63,896 bases of DNA, from IMG/VR virus record IMGVR_UViG_3300044516_000384, positions 1-63,896 of that record. One strand, 5' to 3'. Of this stretch, positions 50,750 to 58,586 are shown piece after piece. Source of the DNA: a virus (lineage: Duplodnaviria; Caudoviricetes). A model generated the notes under the pieces. That model made no database searches, was not told the origin of the DNA, and saw nothing but the letters and a program-made list of their open reading frames with translations. A program made the translations under genes and the position numbers. How positions within the stretch are numbered: position 1 is the first letter of the stretch; each line of letters starts with the position of its first letter.

Positions 50750-50758
50750 ATTGTATCA
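50750..50758 (-). promoter_or_regulatory. Extended -10 promoter for the tRNA pair
   Basis: TGATACAAT 8 nt upstream of tRNA-Leu. Confidence 0.5.
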
Positions 50759-50765
50759 CAATGTA

Positions 50766-51005
50766 TTACATGAGATCTGGTTTATCTTCATCAGTGATTT
50801 GTATGACTTCCACTCCGGGTAGTTCTGACAGTTGCCACATGATGAAGTAATTTTTGAATTGTTCGTCAGTTACTGTTTCAGGATCAATGTTCTTTTCTTC
50901 CATCCACAGATACAGTTTGTTGTATTTAATGTATTTAGAAATAGACTCTATAACAATGTATAGGATTGCCGATGCAATTATTCCGTAGAGGAATCCTGCT
51001 ATCAT
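50766..51005 (-). CDS. Small membrane protein
   Basis: N-terminal hydrophobic helix. Confidence 0.6.
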   Translation of the reverse strand: MIAGFLYGIIASAILYIVIESISKYIKYNKLYLWMEEKNIDPETVTDEQFKNYFIMWQLSELPGVEVIQITDEDKPDLM

Positions 51006-51385
51006 TCAGTCACCACTGCGGTAGCTTTAACAATCTTTCGTTTAGTTCCACCTGTGTATGTGTATGTACCTAGTGTGTTCATAATCTCTGTGTTTAACGC
51101 AGATGGAGATCGATCAGTTTTTACGTATACTAGTCGCCGTCCGTATTTATCTGACTTTTGAAGTACCGTGATAATGAATCGTTCGGCTGTATTTTGTCTT
51201 GAGGTAAACCATTCTTTTGCTGTTTCCGTAGCTGCTTTACCTTCGGGAGTGTTCTTTTCTGGTGTATCCACGCCAAAGAGGCGGCAGTGCTGATCCACAA
51301 GCCAGATACCAAACCCAAGATCAATATCACAAACAAAAGTATCACCATCAATAAGTCTTTTGAATCTAATGTTGTACTCATACAT
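51002..51385 (-). CDS. Thermonuclease (SNase-like) family protein
   Basis: IDGDT...IDLGF...RLFGVDTPE...DKYGR. Confidence 0.88.
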   Translation of the reverse strand: MYEYNIRFKRLIDGDTFVCDIDLGFGIWLVDQHCRLFGVDTPEKNTPEGKAATETAKEWFTSRQNTAERFIITVLQKSDKYGRRLVYVKTDRSPSALNTEIMNTLGTYTYTGGTKRKIVKATAVVTE

Positions 51386-51771
51386 TATCTATGCCTTGCT
51401 GCTTTCTGTGCTACGGTACGTGGCTGTGCAACAAACTGCTTACCTGCTTTATTACCAGCGGCTTTAGCACGATTAGTAGATGCTACTTCACTCTTAGATA
51501 ACGATCCCCATGCCTTGTCTGGCAGGTAGCGCTTCTTGCCTTCACTTGGTTTTCCGTCACTTGTGCGCCACTTCTGTTCTGTCCATTTGGACAGGCTGTT
51601 GTCAGCCTTCTTGGGTCCTACATATGAACCACCAGAGGCCTTGTATTGTTGTGTAGCAAGTTGCGCTTTACGTGCTGACCATTCACCGGGGTCACCACCT
51701 TTTGTCCCTGCTTTAACGCTAGAGACAATTCGACTCCACTTAGCTGGATCTTTTTTTACTGCTGTAGCCAT
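51385..51771 (-). CDS. Small basic conserved phage protein (DUF5872-like)
   Basis: GG.PGEWSARKAQL...YK..GG.Y...SL.KW....W...RYLP..AW. Confidence 0.7.
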   Translation of the reverse strand: MATAVKKDPAKWSRIVSSVKAGTKGGDPGEWSARKAQLATQQYKASGGSYVGPKKADNSLSKWTEQKWRTSDGKPSEGKKRYLPDKAWGSLSKSEVASTNRAKAAGNKAGKQFVAQPRTVAQKAARHR

Positions 51772-51785
51772 AGACTATTATAGCC

Positions 51786-51889
51786 AAAAAAGACCAGTGT
51801 GGCTGACTGGTCTTTCCTGTTTGCAGAGTTAGAATTTGTCGGGCAAGAAGAGGAGTTTTCTGGCCTTTCAAAGCTCACCTCTCGGTGGC
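51786..51889 (-). ncRNA. Candidate small RNA of about 100 nt
   Basis: TGGTATAGT promoter at 51896-51904; GAGA-tetraloop hairpin; C/U-rich tract; terminator AAAGACCAGT...ACTGGTCTTTTTT. Confidence 0.45.
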
Positions 51890-51931
51890 AATCTAACTAT
51901 ACCATCCCGGTGCGTTTACATGCATGGGAAA

Positions 51932-52003
51932 CTCCTGCTGCTGGGATCGAACCAGCGACCGTCCGGTTAACAGCCGGATGCTCTACCGCTGAGCTAAGCA
52001 GGA
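51932..52003 (-). tRNA. tRNA-Asn(GUU), no encoded CCA
   Basis: TCCTGCT...TCCGG-CTGTTAA-CCGGA...GCTGG-TTCGATC-CCAGC-AGCAGGA-G. Confidence 0.93.
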
Positions 52004-52009
52004 TTGTAA

Positions 52010-52198
52010 CTATTTAGCCTTATCAGCTATAGTCTTCAGATGGTCCATATAGTGATCGATTGCTCTTCTCACGAACCAACTCCGATTCCTTTTCCCGGCA
52101 TATCCCTCTATCTTCGCCAGCATCTCCGGTGTCAGCCGTAGTACCAACATAGCTGGATAGTTTAATGGACGTATCGCCCTTTTCTTCTCTAGGCTCAT
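52010..52198 (-). CDS. Ribbon-helix-helix (CopG/Arc-like) DNA-binding protein
   Basis: LVLRLTPEMLAKIE...NRSWFVRRAIDHY. Confidence 0.7.
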   Translation of the reverse strand: MSLEKKRAIRPLNYPAMLVLRLTPEMLAKIEGYAGKRNRSWFVRRAIDHYMDHLKTIADKAK

Positions 52199-52424
52199 GC
52201 ATTAATCCTTTACACACATGCACAACAGTGTCAGCGTACTTTGAGTTCTTGGTTAATGCGTATGCCAAAAACCACAGCGCCTTAAGCACATCTTCGTCGT
52301 ACGAGGAACCATCCTTCTTGCCAGCCCTAGCAATGTAAGCAAGAGCTGTAAAAAGATACCTGTCAAGGTTCCAAGCGTCAGCTGCATGTACAGGCTGCAG
52401 GTCACTCTGATTGTAATACGCCAT
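52023..52424 (-). CDS. DUF3310 (T7 gp1.7-like) protein with a 3' extension overlapping the RHH gene
   Basis: YY......P......W.L......AL.YI.RAG.K......D..KA.WFL. Confidence 0.65.
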   Translation of the reverse strand: MAYYNQSDLQPVHAADAWNLDRYLFTALAYIARAGKKDGSSYDEDVLKALWFLAYALTKNSKYADTVVHVCKGLMHEPREEKGDTSIKLSSYVGTTADTGDAGEDRGICREKESELVREKSNRSLYGPSEDYS

Positions 52425-52882
52425 TATAACCCCGTGGATCCTAATCCTTTGTCACCCCGAACACTATCCCCATCATCAAACAAGTCGCCATCAACAGGCA
52501 ATGCAAGGACAACAACAGGAACAGTATTAATAACAAGCTGCGCAATACGCATACCGGGCTGTACAAAAAATGGTTCATCACTTGAGTTTTGAAGTATCAC
52601 AAAGATCTGTCCAGTGTAGTCACTGTCGATGGTACCGGGAGAGTTAAGCACCCATACACCATACTTATGCGCTAGTCCAGAACGGCTACGTACCTGAGCC
52701 TCCCAGCCTTGATCTAGGCGCACTCCATACCCAGTTGCAATAGTTGTACGCTTGCCGGGATCAATCCTCACAGCAGACGCCACGTGGGCAAATAGGTCAT
52801 ATCCTGATGCACCATCAGTCGCCTTCTGCGGACGATACATATCAGGTGCATCTTTAAACCGTATTAGGTTAAACCAGTTCAC
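52424..52882 (-). CDS. dut: Trimeric dUTPase
   Basis: ASGYDL, RSRSGLA, NSPGTIDSDYTG, RIAQLV, RG.KG.GSTG. Confidence 0.97.
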   Translation of the reverse strand: MNWFNLIRFKDAPDMYRPQKATDGASGYDLFAHVASAVRIDPGKRTTIATGYGVRLDQGWEAQVRSRSGLAHKYGVWVLNSPGTIDSDYTGQIFVILQNSSDEPFFVQPGMRIAQLVINTVPVVVLALPVDGDLFDDGDSVRGDKGLGSTGL

Positions 52883-53121
52883 TCGACAGGAGCCTTTTCC
52901 ATTGCAAGCTCAGACAGTGCAGTCTGTTGGAAGTCAATGAGGAACCTAGATGGAACCTTATGGCCATCGTTACGTAATACATATACCATTGTGGCCGCAT
53001 CAGCAAGATTATTGCAGACATGCTTATTGCCACCAAGGGTAATCTCATACTTACCACCAACCAACATCTTCACTTCAACGTCGCTATCTTTACCAGTCTT
53101 GATCAAGTACATATCTTCCAT
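52879..53121 (-). CDS. Hypothetical protein, first gene of the leftward arm
   Basis: Start taken at MEDMYL, downstream of the TGCTATAAT promoter. Confidence 0.55.
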   Translation of the reverse strand: MEDMYLIKTGKDSDVEVKMLVGGKYEITLGGNKHVCNNLADAATMVYVLRNDGHKVPSRFLIDFQQTALSELAMEKAPVE

Positions 53122-53140
53122 CCTTTTGTAGGTGTAATAC

Positions 53141-53149
53141 ATTATAGCA
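53141..53149 (-). promoter_or_regulatory. Extended -10 promoter of the leftward arm
   Basis: Perfect TGnTATAAT. Confidence 0.6.
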
Positions 53150-53329
53150 TAGAACATTAAAGAGGGGAGGCTCATTTTGATGGGGTGGTAGTGTTTCTCC
53201 AGAGGGAGAAGTATATAGAAAAGAGCTGAGATTATATCTGTCGGAGTCCCATATAGGTTGACTGAGAGAGGGTAGGGGGTTGCCATGCCACCCACCGGAC
53301 CGGGGTTACCACCCCACACAACTAGGTCC

Positions 53330-53491
53330 AACCCAACTGTTGGGTTATTTATGGTGTAGGCTCGAACCGCTGGTTCGGGTATGCGGGCGGGCGATAAGTA
53401 GCATGATGTAGCGAATCATGTAACCTATCGCCCGTTCGCATTCTACAAAACAAAACAAAACAACAAAACAACTAAAGGATGGTATTAGACA
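53330..53491 (+). ncRNA. Structured leader: palindrome, three-way junction and CAAAA-repeat linker
   Basis: Pairings listed in findings. Confidence 0.45.
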
Positions 53492-53917
53492 ATGTCTACA
53501 GTTTTCACGGACGCTGTAAAGCGCGAAGGTTTTGACGGCAACATCGCGGTATCACTTGACGGTATCGCGCGTATTCTAGATTCTACATCGATGGATTCTA
53601 CGGTAGTGAAACGTGCATTCAATCACTTGCTTGACGCGTGCGTAGCGTTCGATATGGATGTAACCACGGCAAACGGCGAGCGTATCGCGAAGTTGGCTGA
53701 AGCGTTTATGGCATACACTGCACCTGAAGTAGCGGATGCATCGAATCGACGTACCCGCGCCCAGTATGAGCACTACTTTGTGTTCTTCGCTGAGCACAAG
53801 ACGGTGAAGAGCACGACGGTCACGTTCACGGATGAGCAAAAGGCGGCTCGTAAGAGATTCAACGCCTCTGCGACTCGTGAGAAGAGCACGAAAGAGTTCA
53901 TCCCCTACACAGGCTAG
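53492..53917 (+). CDS. First early gene, hypothetical
   Basis: AAGGA RBS; has its own terminator. Confidence 0.75.
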   Translation: MSTVFTDAVKREGFDGNIAVSLDGIARILDSTSMDSTVVKRAFNHLLDACVAFDMDVTTANGERIAKLAEAFMAYTAPEVADASNRRTRAQYEHYFVFFAEHKTVKSTTVTFTDEQKAARKRFNASATREKSTKEFIPYTG

Positions 53918-53922
53918 GGGAT

Positions 53923-53956
53923 GGCTACCCGGTAGAACATACCGGGTAGTTTTTTT
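53923..53956 (+). terminator. Intrinsic terminator
   Basis: GGCTACCCGGTA-GAACA-TACCGGGTAGTT followed by a T-run. Confidence 0.85.
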
Positions 53957-54022
53957 ATAATCACTTACTTTCTCCCTAGTGCGTTCAGTGCTAGGGAGTA
54001 TTTGTTTGTATGGAGGTTAGTA

Positions 54023-54649
54023 ATGGGATTGAACACACGTTCGTTTGAGAATGCGTTGCACTTACAGTACGAGTTGACTGAGCATCGTAACGCTATTGTC
54101 GCTCACGGTCAGCGGGTAATGCTCGCTAACGCTATCTTGTACTCACCGGCTGCGAAAGCAATCATGAGTGACACGCAAGAATTGTTCGATGCATGTTTTG
54201 AGGGTGTCAGTGATACCCGTTGTGAACCCATCTACTGGTGGATGATTTCCCTTGGTGCTCAGATCATGGATCGTGTTGACCATGCATTCCAAGTACTCCA
54301 CACGAACGAGTTCGATGGCAACATCATGAACACATACGAGTATCTCCAAGAGAGCGTAATGTCCAAGCATACTGATGACTACAAGTATGGGTTCGAGTTC
54401 AACAACGGACACTGGTGCTTTTATACGCAAGCTGATTGCACCGTCATGGGCAAGCCTTTCCAAGGGCGTGTCGAGATTGGTTTCATGACTATGCCACGTA
54501 GGGGTTGTGATGTTCTCACCCCGCTTGAGATTGAGATGTATGAGCGCGTTGCAAAGGTGTTCATCACTCAACACTGGAAAGCACGGCTAGCCAAGATTGA
54601 ACGCGAGGGTCTCGACTTCTCGTACGATCACGACAACGACAACGACTAA
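54023..54649 (+). CDS. Early hypothetical protein
   Basis: GGAGG RBS before MGLNTR. Confidence 0.75.
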   Translation: MGLNTRSFENALHLQYELTEHRNAIVAHGQRVMLANAILYSPAAKAIMSDTQELFDACFEGVSDTRCEPIYWWMISLGAQIMDRVDHAFQVLHTNEFDGNIMNTYEYLQESVMSKHTDDYKYGFEFNNGHWCFYTQADCTVMGKPFQGRVEIGFMTMPRRGCDVLTPLEIEMYERVAKVFITQHWKARLAKIEREGLDFSYDHDNDND

Positions 54650-54706
54650 CAATGGTGAGGGTGATGGCAACGTCACCCTCCCGTGGTTCGATTCCACGGT
54701 TAGTTA
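54644..54706 (+). ncRNA. tRNA-like element without an anticodon
   Basis: 7-bp acceptor stem, AATGGT linker, 10-bp GCAA-capped stem, canonical 5-bp T stem with TTCGATT loop. Confidence 0.65.
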
Positions 54707-54766
54707 TCTCCCTAGTGGGGAACAATAGGTGAGCGACCTTTATACGCATACACAAGGATAACAACA

Positions 54767-54967
54767 ATGACATCACTACTCAAGCTCAAGAACCTCACCG
54801 CGTTTGAAGCCACCCTTATCAAGGCGTGGTTCTGCGCATGTATCTTCATCATTGGCGCATGCTTTACAATGCTCGGACAGAATATGCGTATCATGGAACT
54901 TGAATCCCATATCGCGTCAATGCAAGACGAAGACGCTAACGCGGACGCTATCGCGCAAGTCAACTAA
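54767..54967 (+). CDS. Early small membrane protein
   Basis: One hydrophobic helix; AAGGA RBS. Confidence 0.6.
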   Translation: MTSLLKLKNLTAFEATLIKAWFCACIFIIGACFTMLGQNMRIMELESHIASMQDEDANADAIAQVN

Positions 54968-54977
54968 TCAATACACA

Positions 54978-55011
54978 GGCCATCACCTCCGGGTGGTGGC
55001 TTTTCTTTTTT
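54978..55011 (+). terminator. Intrinsic terminator
   Basis: GGCCATCACC-TCCG-GGTGGTGGCT followed by a T-rich tract. Confidence 0.8.
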
Positions 55012-55035
55012 GCGTGTCTGGAGGCACACCAACAA

Positions 55036-56202
55036 ATGCGTAATTCTTTTGAAATCAAAATAGATGTAAACACTGCACGTGATGCAGAACATCAATTACA
55101 TAAAATGTACGGCGATCTACGCCACCCTATGGTTATTGCTGCGACCGCTCGCAAGCGTGACCTCATCCGGCAAATGGATGACGCAATCATGCGTGAAATG
55201 ATGGACGGTAAACGCAAAGACGTAGAAGCTCTCTACGGTATGAGGAAAAAGAAATGACAAGAGAACAAGCACTCGACGCGATCAAGGTGTACGCCGCATG
55301 GCAATACGACACCGACATCAACGCATGGTCAGTGACATCACGCGACCAATACGTTGACCGATACATGCAGTCAGTAGAACAACTGTGTGACACATACGTT
55401 ATTGGCATCGGAGAAGTAGCAATGAATGCTATGCTCAATCCCGTCGGTGACCTCGTTAAACAACTAAGGACATTGCAAGCACTATGATCATCCCATCAGA
55501 ATTCCGCATCCTTGATGCAGAACCAAAGGTCTACACAATAGACCAACGTACATCGACCACCACCGTACCAGTAGCATACGCCCTCTTCACTGAGGGCGGA
55601 CACTACGATGAAGCGAACGATGAATACGAGGAGGGCACATATGTAGTACATATGGACTACCACAACATTGCACACGTGATCATGTGCAAAGACTTCTTTG
55701 TCGCACAAGGCGTACTCAAAGAATACCAAGAAGCAACACAAAACACTGCATACATATGCGGATGCCCATTGGAATCAGTGGATGATGGACATCACGTTCG
55801 ATACTACGAATCAGCATCAGTAATCGTAGACATGACAGTAGCCGACTACCTAGTAAGGATAAAGAAATGAAAGTAACAATCGACACAAAGAACTATACGG
55901 AAGCACAGCTCCGTACACTCGTACGCCAAGGCATCATCGACAAGAGTGTTCTCCGCAAGGAAACACTCGACCCCATTGCGATGGAAGCATTGCAGTTCAT
56001 GCACGTCCACTACACCAACGATCAGATCTCTGCAATGGCCGGTGTCAAATCCGCAACATGGGTCTGGAACATGGCACAAGGCAACATCGTTAAGATGTAC
56101 AAACTCGTCATCGACAACATGAACATCACACCAAGTGAACTGCTGATTATCCAGTCAGCTGCACACGTGATGACACGCATAGCACAACGTAGCATCAAGT
56201 AA
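55036..56202 (+). CDS. Four coupled early hypothetical genes (55036-55257, 55254-55487, 55484-55870, 55867-56202)
   Basis: Chain of ATGA overlaps. Confidence 0.7.
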
Positions 56203-56204
56203 GG

Positions 56205-56319
56205 GGGAGGGTCTAAAAATTAGTACCCTCCCAAAAATAGTAACCGGGAGGGTCTAAATTTAGTAACCCTCATTACATTGAATGATAATTAATTTAACTA
56301 TATATTGTCCATGGACAAT
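56205..56319. other. Candidate replication origin: iteron-like repeats, AT-rich tract and palindrome
   Basis: GGGAGGGTCTAAA(A/T)...TAGTA(A)CCCTC twice plus a half copy; AT-rich 56272-56306; ATTGTCCATGGACAAT. Confidence 0.5.
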
Positions 56320-56335
56320 GGGAGCTAGGTAATAC

Positions 56336-56644
56336 ATGGAGCTGAGAGTAGGACAGAACGTACGCAATGTACGACGCCCAGATGTCATAGGAATAATCAC
56401 ATCATTGGAAGCGCCCAACAATCAATGGGCAAGACCACAAGACCGTAGAGTCATGGTCAGATACCCACGAGTAACCATCATGTCCAATGGTAAATGGAAA
56501 GGTGGCATCCTTGATGAACTGCCAATAGATCTTCTCCCTACAGGAGAACCTATTCATCCTGCCTTTGACTCATATAAACGTAGCGGAGATCAAGGCACCG
56601 GCGAAGTTAGAATGCTCGCACACAAAAGGAACAGACGAAAATGA
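56336..56644 (+). CDS. Early hypothetical protein, SH3/KOW-like N-terminus
   Basis: LRVGQNVR......GIIT. Confidence 0.6.
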   Translation: MELRVGQNVRNVRRPDVIGIITSLEAPNNQWARPQDRRVMVRYPRVTIMSNGKWKGGILDELPIDLLPTGEPIHPAFDSYKRSGDQGTGEVRMLAHKRNRRK

Positions 56645-56760
56645 CAATCATCATATGCATATTCATAACAATGTTATCCATCATATTTTTAATAGGGTGG
56701 TTTTTTAATTCAATTAATGAAGCACAAAACCGTATTGACAAGGAGACAGAAAATGAATAA
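56641..56760 (+). CDS. 39-aa membrane peptide, not in the ORF track
   Basis: MTIIICIFITMLSIIFLIGWFF...; ATGA overlap. Confidence 0.55.
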   Translation: MTIIICIFITMLSIIFLIGWFFNSINEAQNRIDKETENE

Positions 56761-57148
56761 ACAAATCATCAGTGCCCATGAGTTGGCACGTAACGTAATT
56801 AAGGCCTACGAGATAGCTGACGCCCTCATCACGGGCGTTGAGTTCCATAACTCAGAGAATGGTAGGTCAAAGCATCGATCGACTATCAATGGCGTACTTG
56901 AAGTCAGATTACATATGCATTATGAACGCATGACTTCTGCTGTGTACACAATCTACATTCAGATACATGACAACAAGTGGACACTGACAGCGCATGGTTA
57001 TCTTAATGATGTCAATGTCGAGTATTCAAGTACTGATACTGACATGACATACAACTACCTTGATCTTAAGGAATGGATCAATGACTTTGTTGCCACCGTC
57101 TATCAACTCAAAGTTGCAGAAGTACACGGCATCGTAGTCATCCCATAG
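56753..57148 (+). CDS. Early hypothetical protein
   Basis: AAGGAG RBS before MNKQ. Confidence 0.7.
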   Translation: MNKQIISAHELARNVIKAYEIADALITGVEFHNSENGRSKHRSTINGVLEVRLHMHYERMTSAVYTIYIQIHDNKWTLTAHGYLNDVNVEYSSTDTDMTYNYLDLKEWINDFVATVYQLKVAEVHGIVVIP

Positions 57149-57154
57149 TTAGAC

Positions 57155-57183
57155 GTGAGGGATGCGTCTCACCAACAACGCAT
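57155..57183 (+). promoter_or_regulatory. Intergenic pseudoknot repeat, copy 1
   Basis: GTGAGG-GATGCG-TCTCAC-CAACAA-CGCAT. Confidence 0.7.
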
Positions 57184-57197
57184 GAAAGAAAAACACA

Positions 57198-58036
57198 ATG
57201 ACTGACCTAACACATTACAGGACTATCATCCTGCGATTCGCTTACTTACATATCCACCCCGGTGGTGGTCTTGCCGCGATGATTATGCTTAAGCCTGGCT
57301 TTGAAGACAAACTCGATCACATAGCACAGACTAATCTGTGTGAGTTGCTCAGGTTTGCAAATGCACACGTTCCATACGACACACGCAATGCACAAGGATT
57401 CAATGACTGGCTTGGCGAGGAGCCAAACATGTTTGAGAAAGAGTCATTCAATAAGTGGATGTCGGCAATCACGCCAATGCCACGACCTACACCTGCAGGA
57501 TGGGAGGAGGTAGATACTACCAGTGTCTAAATATACATACCACAATCAACAGTATGACTTTCAGGGCCGAGCAATCGGCCCTGTTGGTGTCTTTCATAAT
57601 GCCACTGTCGCAAAAACAGTGGCTCGTTATCTTGTATACATGCAACCAGAAATCATGCACATCAGGATTTCAAGATGCCTTGAGCATACATATGAATTTG
57701 AGCCGTTCATGATTGTTTACATGAACATTGTAACTGACAAAGCTAAAGTAAGTAGAAGGAAAGTATTTTAAAATGAGATTTGTACCTGTAGTGTTGTACG
57801 GTTCACTTGTACTTGAAAAGTTATTAAAAGAGAAATTAATAACAAAAGATCATTACGATCATATGTGGGAAAGATTTAAAGCTCTTGGTAACTCACTCAA
57901 TTATGTATTAATTGATCTTGATGAGGTAACTCTCAATCTTGAGGAAGTTGAATCAATAATGATAATGAATTACATAAGAGCTCAAGAAAACATAACGGAC
58001 CACGAGTTTTCGTTCAACATCAAAATTGCTATCTAA
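57198..58036 (+). CDS. Three early hypothetical genes (57198-57530, 57523-57771, 57773-58036)
   Basis: Tightly packed, same strand. Confidence 0.65.
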
Positions 58037-58043
58037 TGTTTGT

Positions 58044-58072
58044 GTGAGGGGTGCGCCTCACTGACAACGCAT
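58044..58072 (+). promoter_or_regulatory. Intergenic pseudoknot repeat, copy 2
   Basis: GTGAGG-GGTGCG-CCTCAC-TGACAA-CGCAT. Confidence 0.7.
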
Positions 58073-58088
58073 AGAAAAGAAACACATC

Positions 58089-58580
58089 ATGTCTATCGAA
58101 ATATACACAAAGTATTTCCGCGAGAATCTTCTCTCTGTTCCTGCAAAAGTAGCAGACGGTACCTTGTACTCATATGGTGGCTACCATACATGTTCACATA
58201 CAGATACCGTTGAACTCAACGGGCATCACATATCAATGGAGTACAAGCTGCGTATGGACGTAGCTAATGGTGAAGAGAAGACTCTTCATCCTATTCCTCT
58301 TGTTCAAATTGAAGTGACTATGACATTGCGTCCTGACAAGGATAGCCGTGAAACATCGTCATTTATGAATAAGATCATCAAGGTTCAGCTTAACAGCGAG
58401 ACTCTTGAAGAGCAGATTGATGAGGCGATTCAGACACTGGAGCGCATCATTATAGATGTGAAGTTGCCGACTATTGCCTTTGACTTCTGGAAGTATGTTG
58501 CTACGGCAATGCCAGACTTTGAGAAGCAAGTCAGCAAGACGATTGTAACTAACTACCAACGTCTGTCCTACAAGGACTAG
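58089..58580 (+). CDS. Early hypothetical protein flanked by repeat copies 2 and 3
   Basis: 163-aa ORF. Confidence 0.7.
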   Translation: MSIEIYTKYFRENLLSVPAKVADGTLYSYGGYHTCSHTDTVELNGHHISMEYKLRMDVANGEEKTLHPIPLVQIEVTMTLRPDKDSRETSSFMNKIIKVQLNSETLEEQIDEAIQTLERIIIDVKLPTIAFDFWKYVATAMPDFEKQVSKTIVTNYQRLSYKD

Positions 58581-58586
58581 TTAGAT

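Noticed and set aside
51799-52017. 72-aa + strand ORF
   Set aside because: It is antisense to tRNA-Asn and the sRNA candidate.
53122-53331. N-terminal extension of ORF 52879-53331
   Set aside because: It spans the promoter and G-rich non-coding region; a better start lies at 53121.
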